A DNA stretch of 64,000 nucleotides from an uncultured Verrucomicrobiae bacterium (GCA_963818965.1 CAWFUG010000009.1:442075-506074), one strand, 5' to 3'. Numbered from the stretch's first letter, positions 8,350-19,436 are shown. Numbers and translations: made by a program. Notes: generated from the letters alone by a model not told the origin.

Positions 8350-9786
8350 ATGTCTATTCAGGAACTCGTCGCGCGCAAGTATGTACCTGTCAGCGTCTTT
8401 CAACTCTTTTCAATCGGAATCGGTCCTTCTAGTTCGCACACGGTAGGCCCCATGCGGGCAGCGCGGACTTTTGCAGAAGACCTCCTTTCCAAGGGGTTGA
8501 TGCCCATCGTCAAGTCTCTTAATATCGAATTATTCGGGTCGCTCGCTATGACGGGAAAGGGACATGGGACAGATATCGCCGTACTGCTCGGAATGGAAGG
8601 AGAGCGCCCAGAAGCCGTTGATCCCAATTGTGTCCAAGGGCGTGTCGCTGCAATTTCAAGAGCAAAAGTGCTCAATATCTTAGGGACCCATCCCATTGCT
8701 TTCGACGTCGATACGCATCTCATTTTTCATAGGGGTAAGCGGTTTACCTATCATTCCAATGGACTGCGCTTTAAAGCGTACGACGCGCGGGGAGATGTGG
8801 TGCATTCTGATATCTATTATTCTGTGGGAGGAGGGTTTGTCGTCTCTCAAGATGAAGCGTTAGGGGGGATCAGTGCAGGGCATAACGTCTTCAGAGATTC
8901 TGCTCCCTATCCTTTTCAGACTTGTGCGGAGCTCTTAGAGCATTGCAGAGAAACGGGTCTATCGATTGCCGAGCTCGTCTTAGAGAATGAGAAGGTGTGG
9001 CGGAAAGAGGGAGAGGTCCGCTCAGGGATTTTGAAAATTTGGCAGATCATGCAAGAGTGTGTGCAGAGGGGCTTGAGTCAAGAGGGGATTTTGCCGGGAG
9101 GGCTCAATGTGAGGCGCAGGGCCAAACAGATGTATGAGACTTTGACGTGGGACGGGCCTTTGCTAAAAGACCCTTCTGAAATTTTCGATTGGGTGAGCCT
9201 TTTTGCGCTAGCGGTCAATGAAGAAAATGCGGCAGGGGGGCGTGTGGTAACGGCTCCTACAAATGGGGCTGCGGGAATCATCCCCGCTGTTTTGCACTAT
9301 TATCAAAAATTCACTCCTCAGCCTACGGAAGAGGGGATTGTGACATTTTTTCTAACGGCGACTGCGGTTGGGATTCTCTACAAAGAGGGAGCTTCCCTCT
9401 CTGCGGCGGAGATGGGGTGTCAAGGGGAGGTGGGCGTTGCGACATCGATGGCAGCAGCAGGCCTTGCAGCAGCGCTTGGAGCCACCAATGAGCAGATCGA
9501 AAATGCTGCAGAAATCGGGATGGAGCATAATTTGGGCTTGACGTGTGATCCGGTTGGGGGCCTGGTGCAAATTCCCTGTATCGAGCGGAATACGATGGGC
9601 GCGATCAAGGCGATCAATGCGGCGCGCTTAGCCAGAATTCATGGGGATGGCCACTCTCACTGTGTCTCTTTAGATCAGGTCATCGGGGCGATGCGAGAGA
9701 CGGGAGAGGATATGCAGGCAAAGTACAAAGAGACCTCAGAAGGGGGGCTTGCCCTTCAGGTGCCCGTCAATCTACCAGAGTGTTAA
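8350..9786 (+). CDS. sdaA: L-serine ammonia-lyase (Fe-S dependent, single chain)
   Basis: [51 protein letters not shown]. Confidence 0.95.
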   Translation: MSIQELVARKYVPVSVFQLFSIGIGPSSSHTVGPMRAARTFAEDLLSKGLMPIVKSLNIELFGSLAMTGKGHGTDIAVLLGMEGERPEAVDPNCVQGRVAAISRAKVLNILGTHPIAFDVDTHLIFHRGKRFTYHSNGLRFKAYDARGDVVHSDIYYSVGGGFVVSQDEALGGISAGHNVFRDSAPYPFQTCAELLEHCRETGLSIAELVLENEKVWRKEGEVRSGILKIWQIMQECVQRGLSQEGILPGGLNVRRRAKQMYETLTWDGPLLKDPSEIFDWVSLFALAVNEENAAGGRVVTAPTNGAAGIIPAVLHYYQKFTPQPTEEGIVTFFLTATAVGILYKEGASLSAAEMGCQGEVGVATSMAAAGLAAALGATNEQIENAAEIGMEHNLGLTCDPVGGLVQIPCIERNTMGAIKAINAARLARIHGDGHSHCVSLDQVIGAMRETGEDMQAKYKETSEGGLALQVPVNLPEC

Positions 9787-9789
9787 GCG

Positions 9790-11385
9790 ATGTCTACCCC
9801 ATTACAAAAGGCACGCAGGGATGCTCCCTTAAAATCCCCTAAAATCCTCTCTTCTGCCATCGATTGGGATGAACTAGCGCTCTCCCAAGAAAAAGAATCG
9901 ATTCGTTCGCTTTTCCCCAAGACAGGGGGGCAACCTCTTCTAAGAGGGATACCCCACTCGGGCAAGAACAAAAGCTCTTCCCCAATGCGCGTAGGAGTCG
10001 TCTTTTCAGGAGGTCAAGCATCTGGAGGACATAACGTCATTATCGGCCTCTTCGAAGCACTTAAAACCCTACACACCGATTCGCAGCTATTTGGTTTTTT
10101 AGATGGACCCTCTGGGATTTTATTGCAGAAGACAGCGGAATTGACAGCAGATCGATTAAAAGAGTACCGCAATCAGGGAGGGTTTGATCTTCTGGGATCG
10201 GGGCGCACGAAAATTGAGACCTCAGACCAGCTCAATACATGTCTCAGTACAATGCAGAAGATGCAGCTAGATGGATTAGTGATCATCGGGGGAGATGATT
10301 CGAATACCAATGCCGCTGTTTTGGCGGAGTATTTTATGCAGCACAACTGCTCCACCAAAGTCATCGGTGTGCCTAAGACGATCGATGGCGATTTACAAAA
10401 TGAGTATGTCGCGATCTCTTTTGGTTTTGATACCGCCTCCAAGACCTATTCTGAGATCATTGGCAATATCGCAAGAGATGCCATTTCAGCTAAAAAATAC
10501 ACCCATTTTATCAAATTGATGGGGCGTTCTGCTTCCCATGTCGCTTTGGAATGCGCTCTTTCTACCCATCCTAATTTAACGTTCATCAGCGAAGAAGTGC
10601 GCGAGAAAGGACAGACGCTCTCCGATTTGACACGAGAGATCGCCGATCTCATCTGCGCCCGTTCTAGTTTGGGGAAAAACTTTTCGATCCTATTGATCCC
10701 TGAAGGATTGATCGAATTCATCCCCGAAGTCTCCCTTTTAATCCAAGAGCTGAACCAGCTTGTATCCTCCACTCCTAATGCCAATCCGTCTACAGCTTTA
10801 AGCGAATCGGCGCGCACCTGTTTTTGCTCGCTTCCCGAATCGATTCAGAAGCAACTGCTGCTCAATCGCGATCCGCATGGAAATGTCCAAGTTTCCCTGA
10901 TCGAAACAGAACAGCTCTTCATCCAAACCGTTTCTCATGAGCTCGAAAAAAGAAAAAGAGAAGGGGGCTTTTCCGGTGTGTTCACGCCGATGCACCATTT
11001 TCTCGGCTACGAGGGACGGGCCGCATTTCCCACTCTTTTTGATTGTCACTATTGCTATGCACTTGGACAAACAGCTGCGCTACTGCTCGACCGCGGATGT
11101 TCAGGCTATATGGCCTTTATCGATCGACTCGATGAGACTGTGGAACACTGGGGAATCGGAGGCGTGCCGCTCACTCAGCTGATGCATCTCGAAATGAGGA
11201 AGGGTAAAGAAAAAGCAGTCGTCAAGAAGTGTTTTATCGACTTGAAAGGAGCGCTCTTCTCTCAGTTTCAGCAAGAGAGAAAATCCTGGGAATTAGAAGA
11301 CCATTACCTCTTCCCCGGTCCCATTCAATTCAGTGGAGACCCTTCTTTAACCGCCAACCCCCCGCTGTCCATTGCTCTTTCTTAA
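9790..11385 (+). CDS. pfp: Pyrophosphate-dependent phosphofructokinase
   Basis: SGGQASGGHNV, GGDDSNT, PKTIDGD, MGRSASH, GYEGR. Confidence 0.93.
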   Translation: MSTPLQKARRDAPLKSPKILSSAIDWDELALSQEKESIRSLFPKTGGQPLLRGIPHSGKNKSSSPMRVGVVFSGGQASGGHNVIIGLFEALKTLHTDSQLFGFLDGPSGILLQKTAELTADRLKEYRNQGGFDLLGSGRTKIETSDQLNTCLSTMQKMQLDGLVIIGGDDSNTNAAVLAEYFMQHNCSTKVIGVPKTIDGDLQNEYVAISFGFDTASKTYSEIIGNIARDAISAKKYTHFIKLMGRSASHVALECALSTHPNLTFISEEVREKGQTLSDLTREIADLICARSSLGKNFSILLIPEGLIEFIPEVSLLIQELNQLVSSTPNANPSTALSESARTCFCSLPESIQKQLLLNRDPHGNVQVSLIETEQLFIQTVSHELEKRKREGGFSGVFTPMHHFLGYEGRAAFPTLFDCHYCYALGQTAALLLDRGCSGYMAFIDRLDETVEHWGIGGVPLTQLMHLEMRKGKEKAVVKKCFIDLKGALFSQFQQERKSWELEDHYLFPGPIQFSGDPSLTANPPLSIALS

Positions 11386-12040
11386 GGTAAAGTGGTTTTT
11401 CTTCAAAGAAAAGCAGTTCATCAAGAAACACGCTCCCTTTTTCCTTCCGATCGAACGTTCCTTGAAGCGCGCCTACCGATTTCAGAGTCCTTTTCGCGTC
11501 AGTAAGGCCTATTTACAGAAAAAAGGGGAGCGCGACGTCCATCAGTATGGAGAGACGCCGCTGCCTGCACTCGTCACTATCGCAACGGAATGCGATCTAG
11601 GTCCTGATGATTATATCATCGATTTGGGGTGTGGTACGGGGCGTGGGGTTTTGTTTTGGGCGGAATGGCTCGGCTGTTCTGTAAAAGGCGTCGACCAGAT
11701 CCCTCTTTTCATCGAAAAGGCCCGGCAAATTATACCCCGCCCGCTTGAGGATTGCGAATTTGAGCGGCATGAGAGCTCCCGCGCGACCTTTACCTGCGAA
11801 GATATCGAGCAGACAGATCTTCAGGACGCTACCGTCATTTACCTCTATGGGACCTGTCTTCCAGAAGAGGTCATCGAACGCCTCGTTCGGCGATTCGAAA
11901 CTCTAAAAAGGGGAACGAAAATCATCACCGTGAGCTTCCCTCTCGATGCTTACTCCTCCCAGTTCCATGTTCAAAAGCAATTTTCTGTCACGTTTCCCTG
12001 GGGAGAGGGTGAAGTATACCTAACTACAGTATGTTCTTGA
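11372..12040 (+). CDS. Class I SAM-dependent methyltransferase
   Basis: YGETP, DLGCGTGR and IYLYGTC motifs; start position uncertain. Confidence 0.75.
   Translation: MLFLKVKWFFFKEKQFIKKHAPFFLPIERSLKRAYRFQSPFRVSKAYLQKKGERDVHQYGETPLPALVTIATECDLGPDDYIIDLGCGTGRGVLFWAEWLGCSVKGVDQIPLFIEKARQIIPRPLEDCEFERHESSRATFTCEDIEQTDLQDATVIYLYGTCLPEEVIERLVRRFETLKRGTKIITVSFPLDAYSSQFHVQKQFSVTFPWGEGEVYLTTVCS
11731..11782 (+). repeat. Family B (TATAC-ended) element fragment inside the methyltransferase CDS
   Basis: TATACCCCGCCCGCTTGAGGATTGCGAATTTGAGC...AGCTCCCGC matches intergenic copies at 41806 and 49242. Confidence 0.75.
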
Positions 12041-12902
12041 ACTCCGCTTGCAAGATCGCATAGGCGAGAAAGGGATCTCGGCACTGGGCTTTAATGAGCT
12101 TGCCTTTAATGAGTACTTCGATGTAGCCACGGCCTAAACCTGCTTTGAGTTCCTCTTTAGTGAAGGCGGGATTCGTCGCAATCGCTTCGGAAAACTCTCG
12201 GTAAGATTCTCCAGAGTGGTTGACTTCTCCGCAGAGGATCGGCACATCTCCCATCAATGTTCCTGCATCGGGAGCTACAGCGCCGAGCACACTGCACTTG
12301 TTGATATAATAGCCCGTCTCTTCTTCCAATTCACGCGTGGCAGCGGCTTCAATCGTCTCCCCTTCTTTGCGTTGGCCGCGGGGGAGTTCGATTTCCCAGC
12401 TGCGCGTCGCATGACGGTAGTTAACATTGACGATGATCTTCTTGTTCGAAAGCAATGGGAGGATCGCTACTCCAGGGCTCCCTGTCATTCCACTTTTCCA
12501 GAGCAACCGATCATAAGTTCCATAGACGCCAGAGGGGAAAATGACTGCATCTCGGATCCACATCCAGTAATTATCTTCAGCGACAATTCCGACAGAACTC
12601 CATTCCTTCGCCTCTTTTTCTGAAGCTCCTTTGGAGATGAGGCGCAGACGGGTCTGATTTTCGATTCGCTTGATCATTTCAGGGGAGGAAGCGACTTCAA
12701 TTTCCCCATTTTCCCAATTGCCAAAGGGACCGAATGCCTTCGGGTGTTCTTCGAATAAGCGTAGATAGCGGGAGAGGGCTTGAGGGAGTTCCACCTTTTG
12801 TGGTTTTTCTTGAGAAGGAGCGGTTTTTGTCTTTCCATCCGCAGCAGACAAAGCGAGGGAGATACAAAGAACGGGGACGAGAACTGTCGTGATCTTCCAC
12901 AT
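12024..12902 (-). CDS. NUDIX hydrolase with signal-peptide-like N-terminus
   Basis: ELPRGQRKEGETIEAAATRELEEETG Nudix box; hydrophobic N-terminus ending ALSA. Confidence 0.8.
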   Translation of the reverse strand: MWKITTVLVPVLCISLALSAADGKTKTAPSQEKPQKVELPQALSRYLRLFEEHPKAFGPFGNWENGEIEVASSPEMIKRIENQTRLRLISKGASEKEAKEWSSVGIVAEDNYWMWIRDAVIFPSGVYGTYDRLLWKSGMTGSPGVAILPLLSNKKIIVNVNYRHATRSWEIELPRGQRKEGETIEAAATRELEEETGYYINKCSVLGAVAPDAGTLMGDVPILCGEVNHSGESYREFSEAIATNPAFTKEELKAGLGRGYIEVLIKGKLIKAQCRDPFLAYAILQAEFKNIL

Positions 12903-13001
12903 AATTTTTTCTCCGTGAAGAATCGTTGGGCAGAAGGGTATACGCTTTGATTTTTTTTTGCAAGTAAGGGTATTCTAAAAATTTTAATCAATGGAGGGGT
13001 A

Positions 13002-13802
13002 ATGGATCTACCAGATATAGGACTAGGGACTTGGGAACTTAAAGGGGAGGAGTGTACGAAGATCGTAGAGATGGCTTTAGACCTGGGGTATCGGCATATC
13101 GATACGGCTCATTTGTATGGGAACCATGGAGCCATCAAGAAGGCGATGAAGGGGTTTGATCGAAGAGAGCTCTATCTCACTTCGAAATTATCTGTGGATG
13201 AAGAGATCGATAGCGCAAAGCCGAAGGCGTCTGTTCAAAAGGCTTGCGAGCGAGCACTCAAAGAGCTCGGCACAGATTACCTCGATCTCTATCTGATCCA
13301 TTGGCCAGATGAGAAGTTCCCTTTGGAAGAGATTTTTTTTGCGATGGAAGAACTCGTAAAAGAAGGGAAAATTCGACATGCCGGTGTGAGCAATTACAAT
13401 ACCCACCATCTCGAAGATCTCCGCAAAGCGGGTAAGACCCCCTTTGCCAATCAAGTCGAATTTCACCCCTATTTGAACCAAAAAGAGCTGCTCGCATACT
13501 GCCAGTCGCATCAGATCCGACTCATCGCCTTTCGCCCTTTTGGCAAGGGGAAATTACTCCAAGAGGAACCACTCTTTAGCAAAATCGGCGCTCGCTATGG
13601 CAAAACAGGGGCCCAGGTGATTTTGCGGTGGTTGATTCAAAAGAAGGTTCCCGTGATCCCTAAGGCTTCTTCTAAAGAGCATCTTAGGGGCAACTTAGAG
13701 GTCTTTGATTTTGCGCTCACCCAGGAAGAAATGGGGCAGTTGGAGGATCTAGACCAGAATAAACGCTACTGTCAACCCGATCATCCTGCTTATGATTATT
13801 GA
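13002..13802 (+). CDS. Aldo/keto reductase (2,5-DKG reductase-like)
   Basis: GLGTW, IDTAHLY, LDLYLIHWP, GVSNY, NQVEFHP, IPKAS. Confidence 0.92.
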   Translation: MDLPDIGLGTWELKGEECTKIVEMALDLGYRHIDTAHLYGNHGAIKKAMKGFDRRELYLTSKLSVDEEIDSAKPKASVQKACERALKELGTDYLDLYLIHWPDEKFPLEEIFFAMEELVKEGKIRHAGVSNYNTHHLEDLRKAGKTPFANQVEFHPYLNQKELLAYCQSHQIRLIAFRPFGKGKLLQEEPLFSKIGARYGKTGAQVILRWLIQKKVPVIPKASSKEHLRGNLEVFDFALTQEEMGQLEDLDQNKRYCQPDHPAYDY

Positions 13803-13857
13803 TTATTTTAAAAAATAACTGTATTTGTAAAACAAGCGGATCAATTGTGGGGTTTTT

Positions 13858-14238
13858 GTGGATCTTTCTATGTTTTTGGCGAAATTCTTAGGGTTCTATT
13901 TTTTGCTCAGCGCTCTTTTGTGGCTGTCTAGAAAACGGCAGATAGAAGCTGCCTGCAAAGATGTCGTCGCTTCCAAGGGTCTTTTAGCGGTGTCTGGAGA
14001 GATTAGCTTTATCATCGGTCTTGCGATTGCGATCGATCACCCTATCTGGGAATACAATTGGAAGGGGTTGATTACCCTGATAGGATACCTCTTGATCCTA
14101 AAAGGGATCCTACGTTTTGCGTTTCCCAATCACGTGAAAAAATGGGTCTCCAAGATGATGAAAGGAATGGGGTTTTGGCTGACGATTATCATCATGCTAG
14201 CGATCGGGATCTACCTAATCTACTGTGGCTTTAACTAG
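13858..14238 (+). CDS. Small integral membrane protein
   Basis: Four hydrophobic segments; HPIW...LITLIGY. Confidence 0.7.
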   Translation: MDLSMFLAKFLGFYFLLSALLWLSRKRQIEAACKDVVASKGLLAVSGEISFIIGLAIAIDHPIWEYNWKGLITLIGYLLILKGILRFAFPNHVKKWVSKMMKGMGFWLTIIIMLAIGIYLIYCGFN

Positions 14239-14250
14239 GCCCTAACACGG

Positions 14251-14282
14251 GTTCAAAAGTGGACGTCGGTCCACTTTTGAAC
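14251..14282. terminator. Hairpin between convergent genes
   Basis: GTTCAAAAGTGGAC / GTCCACTTTTGAAC perfect 14-bp stem. Confidence 0.6.
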
Positions 14283-14289
14283 ACTTCCT

Positions 14290-15682
14290 CTAACCCTGTA
14301 TGAGCTGGATTCCGTATTGTTCATCAGCCACACGCCTATGTTCTGTGTAAATCATCGCAAAGCCTCCTGGGATAGAGCAGGCTTCTGGCCGGGCTATTAT
14401 TCCTGTAAAAAGGGAGTCCTCTAGAAAGCTTGAATCTGTGGATATCATTAATTGTTTTCCCGTCGTTAGATCCCAAAGACAGCGATTTCCATAGCTGAAT
14501 TGTCCCAGAAGATAATTTCCCTTTATATCGATAGGAGTGATTTTATCTTCTAAGCGCGTCTTCAAACGTTCGTGTAGTTCATTTCCATCGATTTCCCAAC
14601 TATAAAAATCCGTTTCGATGATCCCAAGAATGGGGACGGTTACTACGTGGTTACAAAGGTAAAGTTCAGAATTTCTCGCTATAAAAGCCGTATCCAAATT
14701 GAATCCAATGTCACAGTCGATGGTATAGATTCTCTCTGGGTCATCGATCTTTAACGGCGCTGATTCCGTCTCATCTTGCCGATTCTTAGATAAATCGATC
14801 ACCTGGATCTTGTGTAGACTTTTTTTATAGCTAGAGTTGCCTATTTGTGAAGAGGACAAGAAGACATAAAGACATTCTTTTTTTTCATCTACACTAAAAG
14901 TGGTAATGGAAGAAGGTTCTCCGCTTCGACGAAAGAATAGCCGAAAAATCCCACTGGCCTATGAGTTTTCCTGTGTGACGGCAATGAATCTGTATCGGTG
15001 AGGCTCTATTTCTATTATCCATAATAAATAGATGATCTTCGAAAGCTTTGAATGCAAAAAAATCATAGGGAACACCCATTCCAAACTCTAGATTTCCTGA
15101 TTCCAAATCGAACATTTGAAGAGTACTGGGTGCCCCTGAGTAGAGATCTCCCTTGTATTCTAATAAAGGAAAACGATTCCCATTCTTTACGGTAGATTTA
15201 AATAGATTCGGCCCACATTGGAGAATGTTTCCTTTTTTCATCTCAGGCATCTCGTACCACTGAATGAATCCTCCTGCACACTGGACGTAGAGATGCTTAT
15301 TTGCATAATAGATTCCCGTAGGTTCCCTTTGATGGGGGAGCGGGATCTTAGTCTCTTTATACTCACAGCGGCGCATGTTCTTTCCAGTCATTTTGTAGCT
15401 GTAACACATCTCGTAAAAGGTCTGATTGATATGCTCTGCGTATTCGATATTCGGGCATTCATGCTGCACGATGTATTTCCAATAAGGCTTTTTTTCGATA
15501 TCGATATGCCATAGACCATAGAGGTAGGTATTGACCCGAATGAATTGAGACAAATCTCGCAGAGGCAGATTCTCGATGATGTTAGACCAGACATCGTCAG
15601 GCATAGAGGAGTGGCCCGCACGGCCAGTATTAGCATCGTGAAAAAAAAGAGCTGGAGTAGTTGTAGTTGTTATCGTCGACAT
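14290..15682 (-). pseudogene. F-box plus beta-propeller-like protein, split into two ORFs by a probable +1 frameshift near 14945
   Basis: F-box MPDDVWSNIIENLPLRDLSQFIRVNTYLY; the downstream ORF frame is open back across the end of ORF1 (…ITTFSVDEKKECLYVFLSS…). Confidence 0.65.
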
Positions 15683-15812
15683 AATGTTGCTCCATAGTTG
15701 TGTTAAAAAAAGTAATTATAAAAATATATAATCATTTATGGTTTTATATAATAATATTATACATTTATCTTGTGTTGTTTTCACTCTAATTTTTTTAAAT
15801 AAAGAATTTACA

Positions 15813-17010
15813 CTTTGTACCGGACAAAATTTTTATGACATTTCCTAACACACTAACCTACAAGTGTTTAGAATCTTAAGGATTTTTCGAAATTCATCGA
15901 TTTTCTTCTCTATGGAAAGAATCACAGACCTTAACCAATCCAATCCCAGCCGAAATAGGCTTTTAAGACAACCTCCCATGAGTCTTTCTGGGGATAGCCT
16001 CTTCAGCATCTTTTATGACCCCAAGCCTGTAAGACCAGCAGAAGGCTATAGCCAGAACAAAAAGCAGCTTTTCTATTTTCTCAGGTGCCGTCATATGGGT
16101 ATCTTCCATTCTAAAACCCCGAGTTTTTAAGCAGCCAAATAAAGTCTCTATTTCCCACCTTCTTCGGTACAGACCAATGGCATCCTCGAATTGAACATTA
16201 GCGACTACGATCATCGGCTCTTTCGCACCTTTCGCCTGATGTATTGAAACATAAAGCAGTTGCCCCCAAATGAGAACAGGGCGATTGATAATCGATTTGG
16301 ATCTACCCCTATTTTTCCAAAGTTCTAGAATAGGAACTTGATAGTAGTTTCGAAGCCCTCCTGCCATAGTGTTTTTCTTAATACGAATGACGAAGGGGAT
16401 TTTTGCTCTTTTCAAAAACCTAAACCAGTCCTCTCCTATGAACTCACGGTCTGCCAAAAACGCATATATGCGCCTATGCCCGATCTGTTGTAGAATCTTC
16501 TTCAGAATGGATATTCGATCCGAAGTAGATGAGGAGCCAGAAGAATTAGACACACTCCAGAAAATAGGAATACCAATTCCTCTATAAGCGACCGAGAGAA
16601 GAAGAATGTTAATATCTCGCTTTCCCCATTTCCAATTGGTGCGATCAAGAATTAGGATCAGTTGTCCTTTAAGACAAAAAAGAGAGAGTATTAGAGGGAT
16701 AATAACAGTGATATCGAAAGAAAATCCTGAGAAAAATCGCCGGACTCTTCTATAGGAAGAGTCCTGCTTTGCGTTCGATTGAAAAAAAGAAGAAATTTGG
16801 GTGAGGTTTACTGTTCTTGCGCAAATTAGTGCTTGTAAAATTTGGGCAAGACAGGCAATCCTTGCCTTATTCCAATGCAAATTCTGAACCAAAAGTCTTT
16901 GTAACTCGTTGACGTGATGCATAGCTACTCCTAAGTTGGCTAAACTCAGGTAGATATAATTCACGCTCAACGAGTTCTTTTCACCTCATTAAATTTTGTC
17001 CTGTACAAAG
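15813..17010 (-). mobile_element. IS4 family insertion sequence, 1198 bp
   Basis: 20-bp TIRs CTTTGTAC(C/A)GGACAAAATTT (19/20 match); 9-bp target duplication GAATTTACA at 15804-15812 and 17011-17019. Confidence 0.93.
15845..16922 (-). pseudogene. IS4 family DDE transposase with a frameshift near the C-terminus
   Basis: LDRTNWKWG, ADREFIG, YRRRWEIETLFGCLKTRGF; stop at 15963 precedes KSLFRLGLDWL, which lies in the +1 frame. Confidence 0.85.
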
Positions 17011-17096
17011 GAATTTACAATTTAAGCTGCGTTAAAGTCTTGAGGCTTTGGGACTAAAAGGAATAAAAAAAAGTTTTATCTATGAACGCTTGAAAG

Positions 17097-17125
17097 GAGC
17101 CTGGATGCTAGGAGCATCCAGGCTC
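17097..17125. terminator. Intrinsic terminator-like hairpin after the porin gene
   Basis: GAGCCTGGATGCT / AGCATCCAGGCTC 13-bp stem. Confidence 0.6.
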
Positions 17126-17133
17126 TGTTTTTC

Positions 17134-18309
17134 TTAGAATGCGAATTTTAGGGACGCATACGGACCGGTTAGGATGTAATTGCTGAGTGTCCGTTCAAAC
17201 CCAACCGCAAAGACACCTACGTCTGGAGTGAAAGCAGCGCCAGCGGGTAATACCTGCGGAGCGGTCATGTCGACGCTCTGAACAGCATCCCAATAAATTT
17301 GACATTGGTATCCAATTTCGAGGGTCATTTCTAGGCATTTCCATGCGGCGATGTAAGAAAAGCCGAACTTCTGCTGGAGTCCTGGAACGAGCTGAGCTCT
17401 ATTAGGCACATGGGTGCTTTGCACGTTTGGCTGTGCAATGCCGAGTGCTGCTAATTCCGGTGTCCATGACTTGAAAGTGGTGTGATTTTTCATCTGTCCC
17501 ATGAAGAGAGAAAGATAGGTAGTACCCGTGAAAAAGACATGGTCGAACATGCGGTAATCATAATCGATTGTGATTTCAGGGCCTGCACCAATGAATTCTG
17601 AAGAAGTTTTCACAGAGCGGGCAATCGCTAATACATTGTTAGAATAAGTCGATTGAAGCGATTGTTTAATCCGCCCAAAGCCGACACCTGCTCCAAAATT
17701 CATAAATAGTCTGTTGAAAAAACACATTTTTTTTCCAAACATCAGATTCACTTGATCGAAATGAGAGCGTAGTTTTCCTCTAGCGTTTACATAGGCGAAA
17801 GAGTTAGGACCTATGTCGAAGAAAGGTCCTACCATATCTCCACTCACTTTAGAAGTATTGACGGAGGTCCCATCGTGTCCATGCAATCTCTCCCAATTCA
17901 CATCGATATTGATCCCTGTATTGCGAAATAGAAAATTAGTGCCAACTTCAAACCCTGAATGGTAATTAGGGCTTATTTCATGGATCTTCCAATTGGGAGA
18001 AGCTGCTGGGATTGTGATATCGGGATCTAGAGCGTTTGCCTCGGCGGCGTAGTAAAGGTTACTGCCGTTTGGTTGCAGAAAGAGCCAATTGCCATAAAGG
18101 GCATACGTCACACCACACCACTTGTCTGCTTTATGACAGCATTCATGCAGAGTGGGACATCGATCTGTCTCAGGGGCTTCTTGAGGGCATTGAACGGCTT
18201 GAGAGGCATGCCGATTGACTTTGCACTGGTTTGATATACCACAATGGTTTGCTGAGAGCGTCGATAACGAAAACAGGGAACAGGCGATGGCGACAAAGGT
18301 TGTCTTCAT
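17134..18309 (-). CDS. Outer-membrane beta-barrel protein, Lpg1974/Legionella MOMP-like family
   Basis: Signal peptide; WLFLQP, GFEVG, FDQVNL, EFIGAGP, EIGYQ; C-terminal GPYASLKFAF. Confidence 0.7.
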   Translation of the reverse strand: MKTTFVAIACSLFSLSTLSANHCGISNQCKVNRHASQAVQCPQEAPETDRCPTLHECCHKADKWCGVTYALYGNWLFLQPNGSNLYYAAEANALDPDITIPAASPNWKIHEISPNYHSGFEVGTNFLFRNTGINIDVNWERLHGHDGTSVNTSKVSGDMVGPFFDIGPNSFAYVNARGKLRSHFDQVNLMFGKKMCFFNRLFMNFGAGVGFGRIKQSLQSTYSNNVLAIARSVKTSSEFIGAGPEITIDYDYRMFDHVFFTGTTYLSLFMGQMKNHTTFKSWTPELAALGIAQPNVQSTHVPNRAQLVPGLQQKFGFSYIAAWKCLEMTLEIGYQCQIYWDAVQSVDMTAPQVLPAGAAFTPDVGVFAVGFERTLSNYILTGPYASLKFAF

Positions 18310-18386
18310 GGGATCTCCTCATTTTTAAATACGGTGTGTAAACCTCAGAAAGTAGTGTATTTAAATTTTTATAACAAGTCTTCATT

Positions 18387-19436
18387 CTACTCCCTAAATT
18401 TTACTGGCCAGCCTTGAGCCGCCCTTTTCTTTGCCTGCTCAAAGGCCTGTACTAGATCATCCTGGAGTTCTGTCAGTCGAACGATAGCGCCATCCTGAAG
18501 GATCCATGGATCGATGCCACGAAATCTGGATCTCACCACGACATCTGCCTCCTCTAATGCGACAAAATGATAGTACTCATCAGGATGCAAGATTTTGTGC
18601 ATTCTGTTTTGGATCAAACCATCTTTGCTGGCACACAATTTTTCCCAAATGGCATTATCGATCCCGAAATGGAATTCATCCCAAGAGAGGATTCCCGTTC
18701 TTAATCCTTGTAAAATGGCATCGGCAAACCAGCGAGATAAGACGTAGTTAACGGGGCTTCCCCAGCAATCTTCCGTCATGAAGAGGGAAAACAGGACTAA
18801 TTTTGTAGCTAGATCCGCCCGCGTCATGAGCCACCGTCCTTCCACAAAACGTAAGTCCTTTAGAAATTCGCGCGTTTCTTCTAGGGTGAGAAAATTTTGA
18901 AAGTAGGCGCCTTGGATATTGTAATCGATTCGGTCGGCGCAGAGATTGGGCAATGACTGTTCTAACATGATGAAATTGTTCTTTTTGGGAAGGACCTGCT
19001 CTATTGTGAATCCATATTTATGTAAAATTTTCTCCACGCCAGAGGTCGCCAAATACAGTCTTTGGATGGTCGTTTGGTAATCATTTTCTTGGTATTCCTT
19101 ATTGAAAACCCAGTCTCCTACATGGGAAAATACAGTATGAGAGACATCGTGTAAGAGTCCAGAGATCTGCTCTTCCAGAGAAGCCCCATAGAACCTCAGG
19201 ATCGCAAAAACACCCAGCGAGTGGTCGAACCGATTATACTCCTCGCGATGCGTCGTATAGTAAGCGATCCCATATTGGTGAATTTCTTTGAGCCTTTGCA
19301 TAGCAGGACAGTGGATCAATTCGAGGAGGACAGGCTCCTCGACGTCAAGCGGGCCATAAAAGGTCTCGATTTTTTCAGCGAACAGATTGAGCGTTAGGCA
19401 GAGAAAGAAAAGTAAGCAGCGCGATAGAAAAAGCAT
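18387..19436 (-). CDS. HD-domain phosphohydrolase (SAMHD1/dNTPase-like N-terminal motifs)
   Basis: MQRLKEIHQYG, RFDHSLGV, LLHDVSHTVFSH, ADRIDY. Confidence 0.85.
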   Translation of the reverse strand: MLFLSRCLLFFLCLTLNLFAEKIETFYGPLDVEEPVLLELIHCPAMQRLKEIHQYGIAYYTTHREEYNRFDHSLGVFAILRFYGASLEEQISGLLHDVSHTVFSHVGDWVFNKEYQENDYQTTIQRLYLATSGVEKILHKYGFTIEQVLPKKNNFIMLEQSLPNLCADRIDYNIQGAYFQNFLTLEETREFLKDLRFVEGRWLMTRADLATKLVLFSLFMTEDCWGSPVNYVLSRWFADAILQGLRTGILSWDEFHFGIDNAIWEKLCASKDGLIQNRMHKILHPDEYYHFVALEEADVVVRSRFRGIDPWILQDGAIVRLTELQDDLVQAFEQAKKRAAQGWPVKFRE

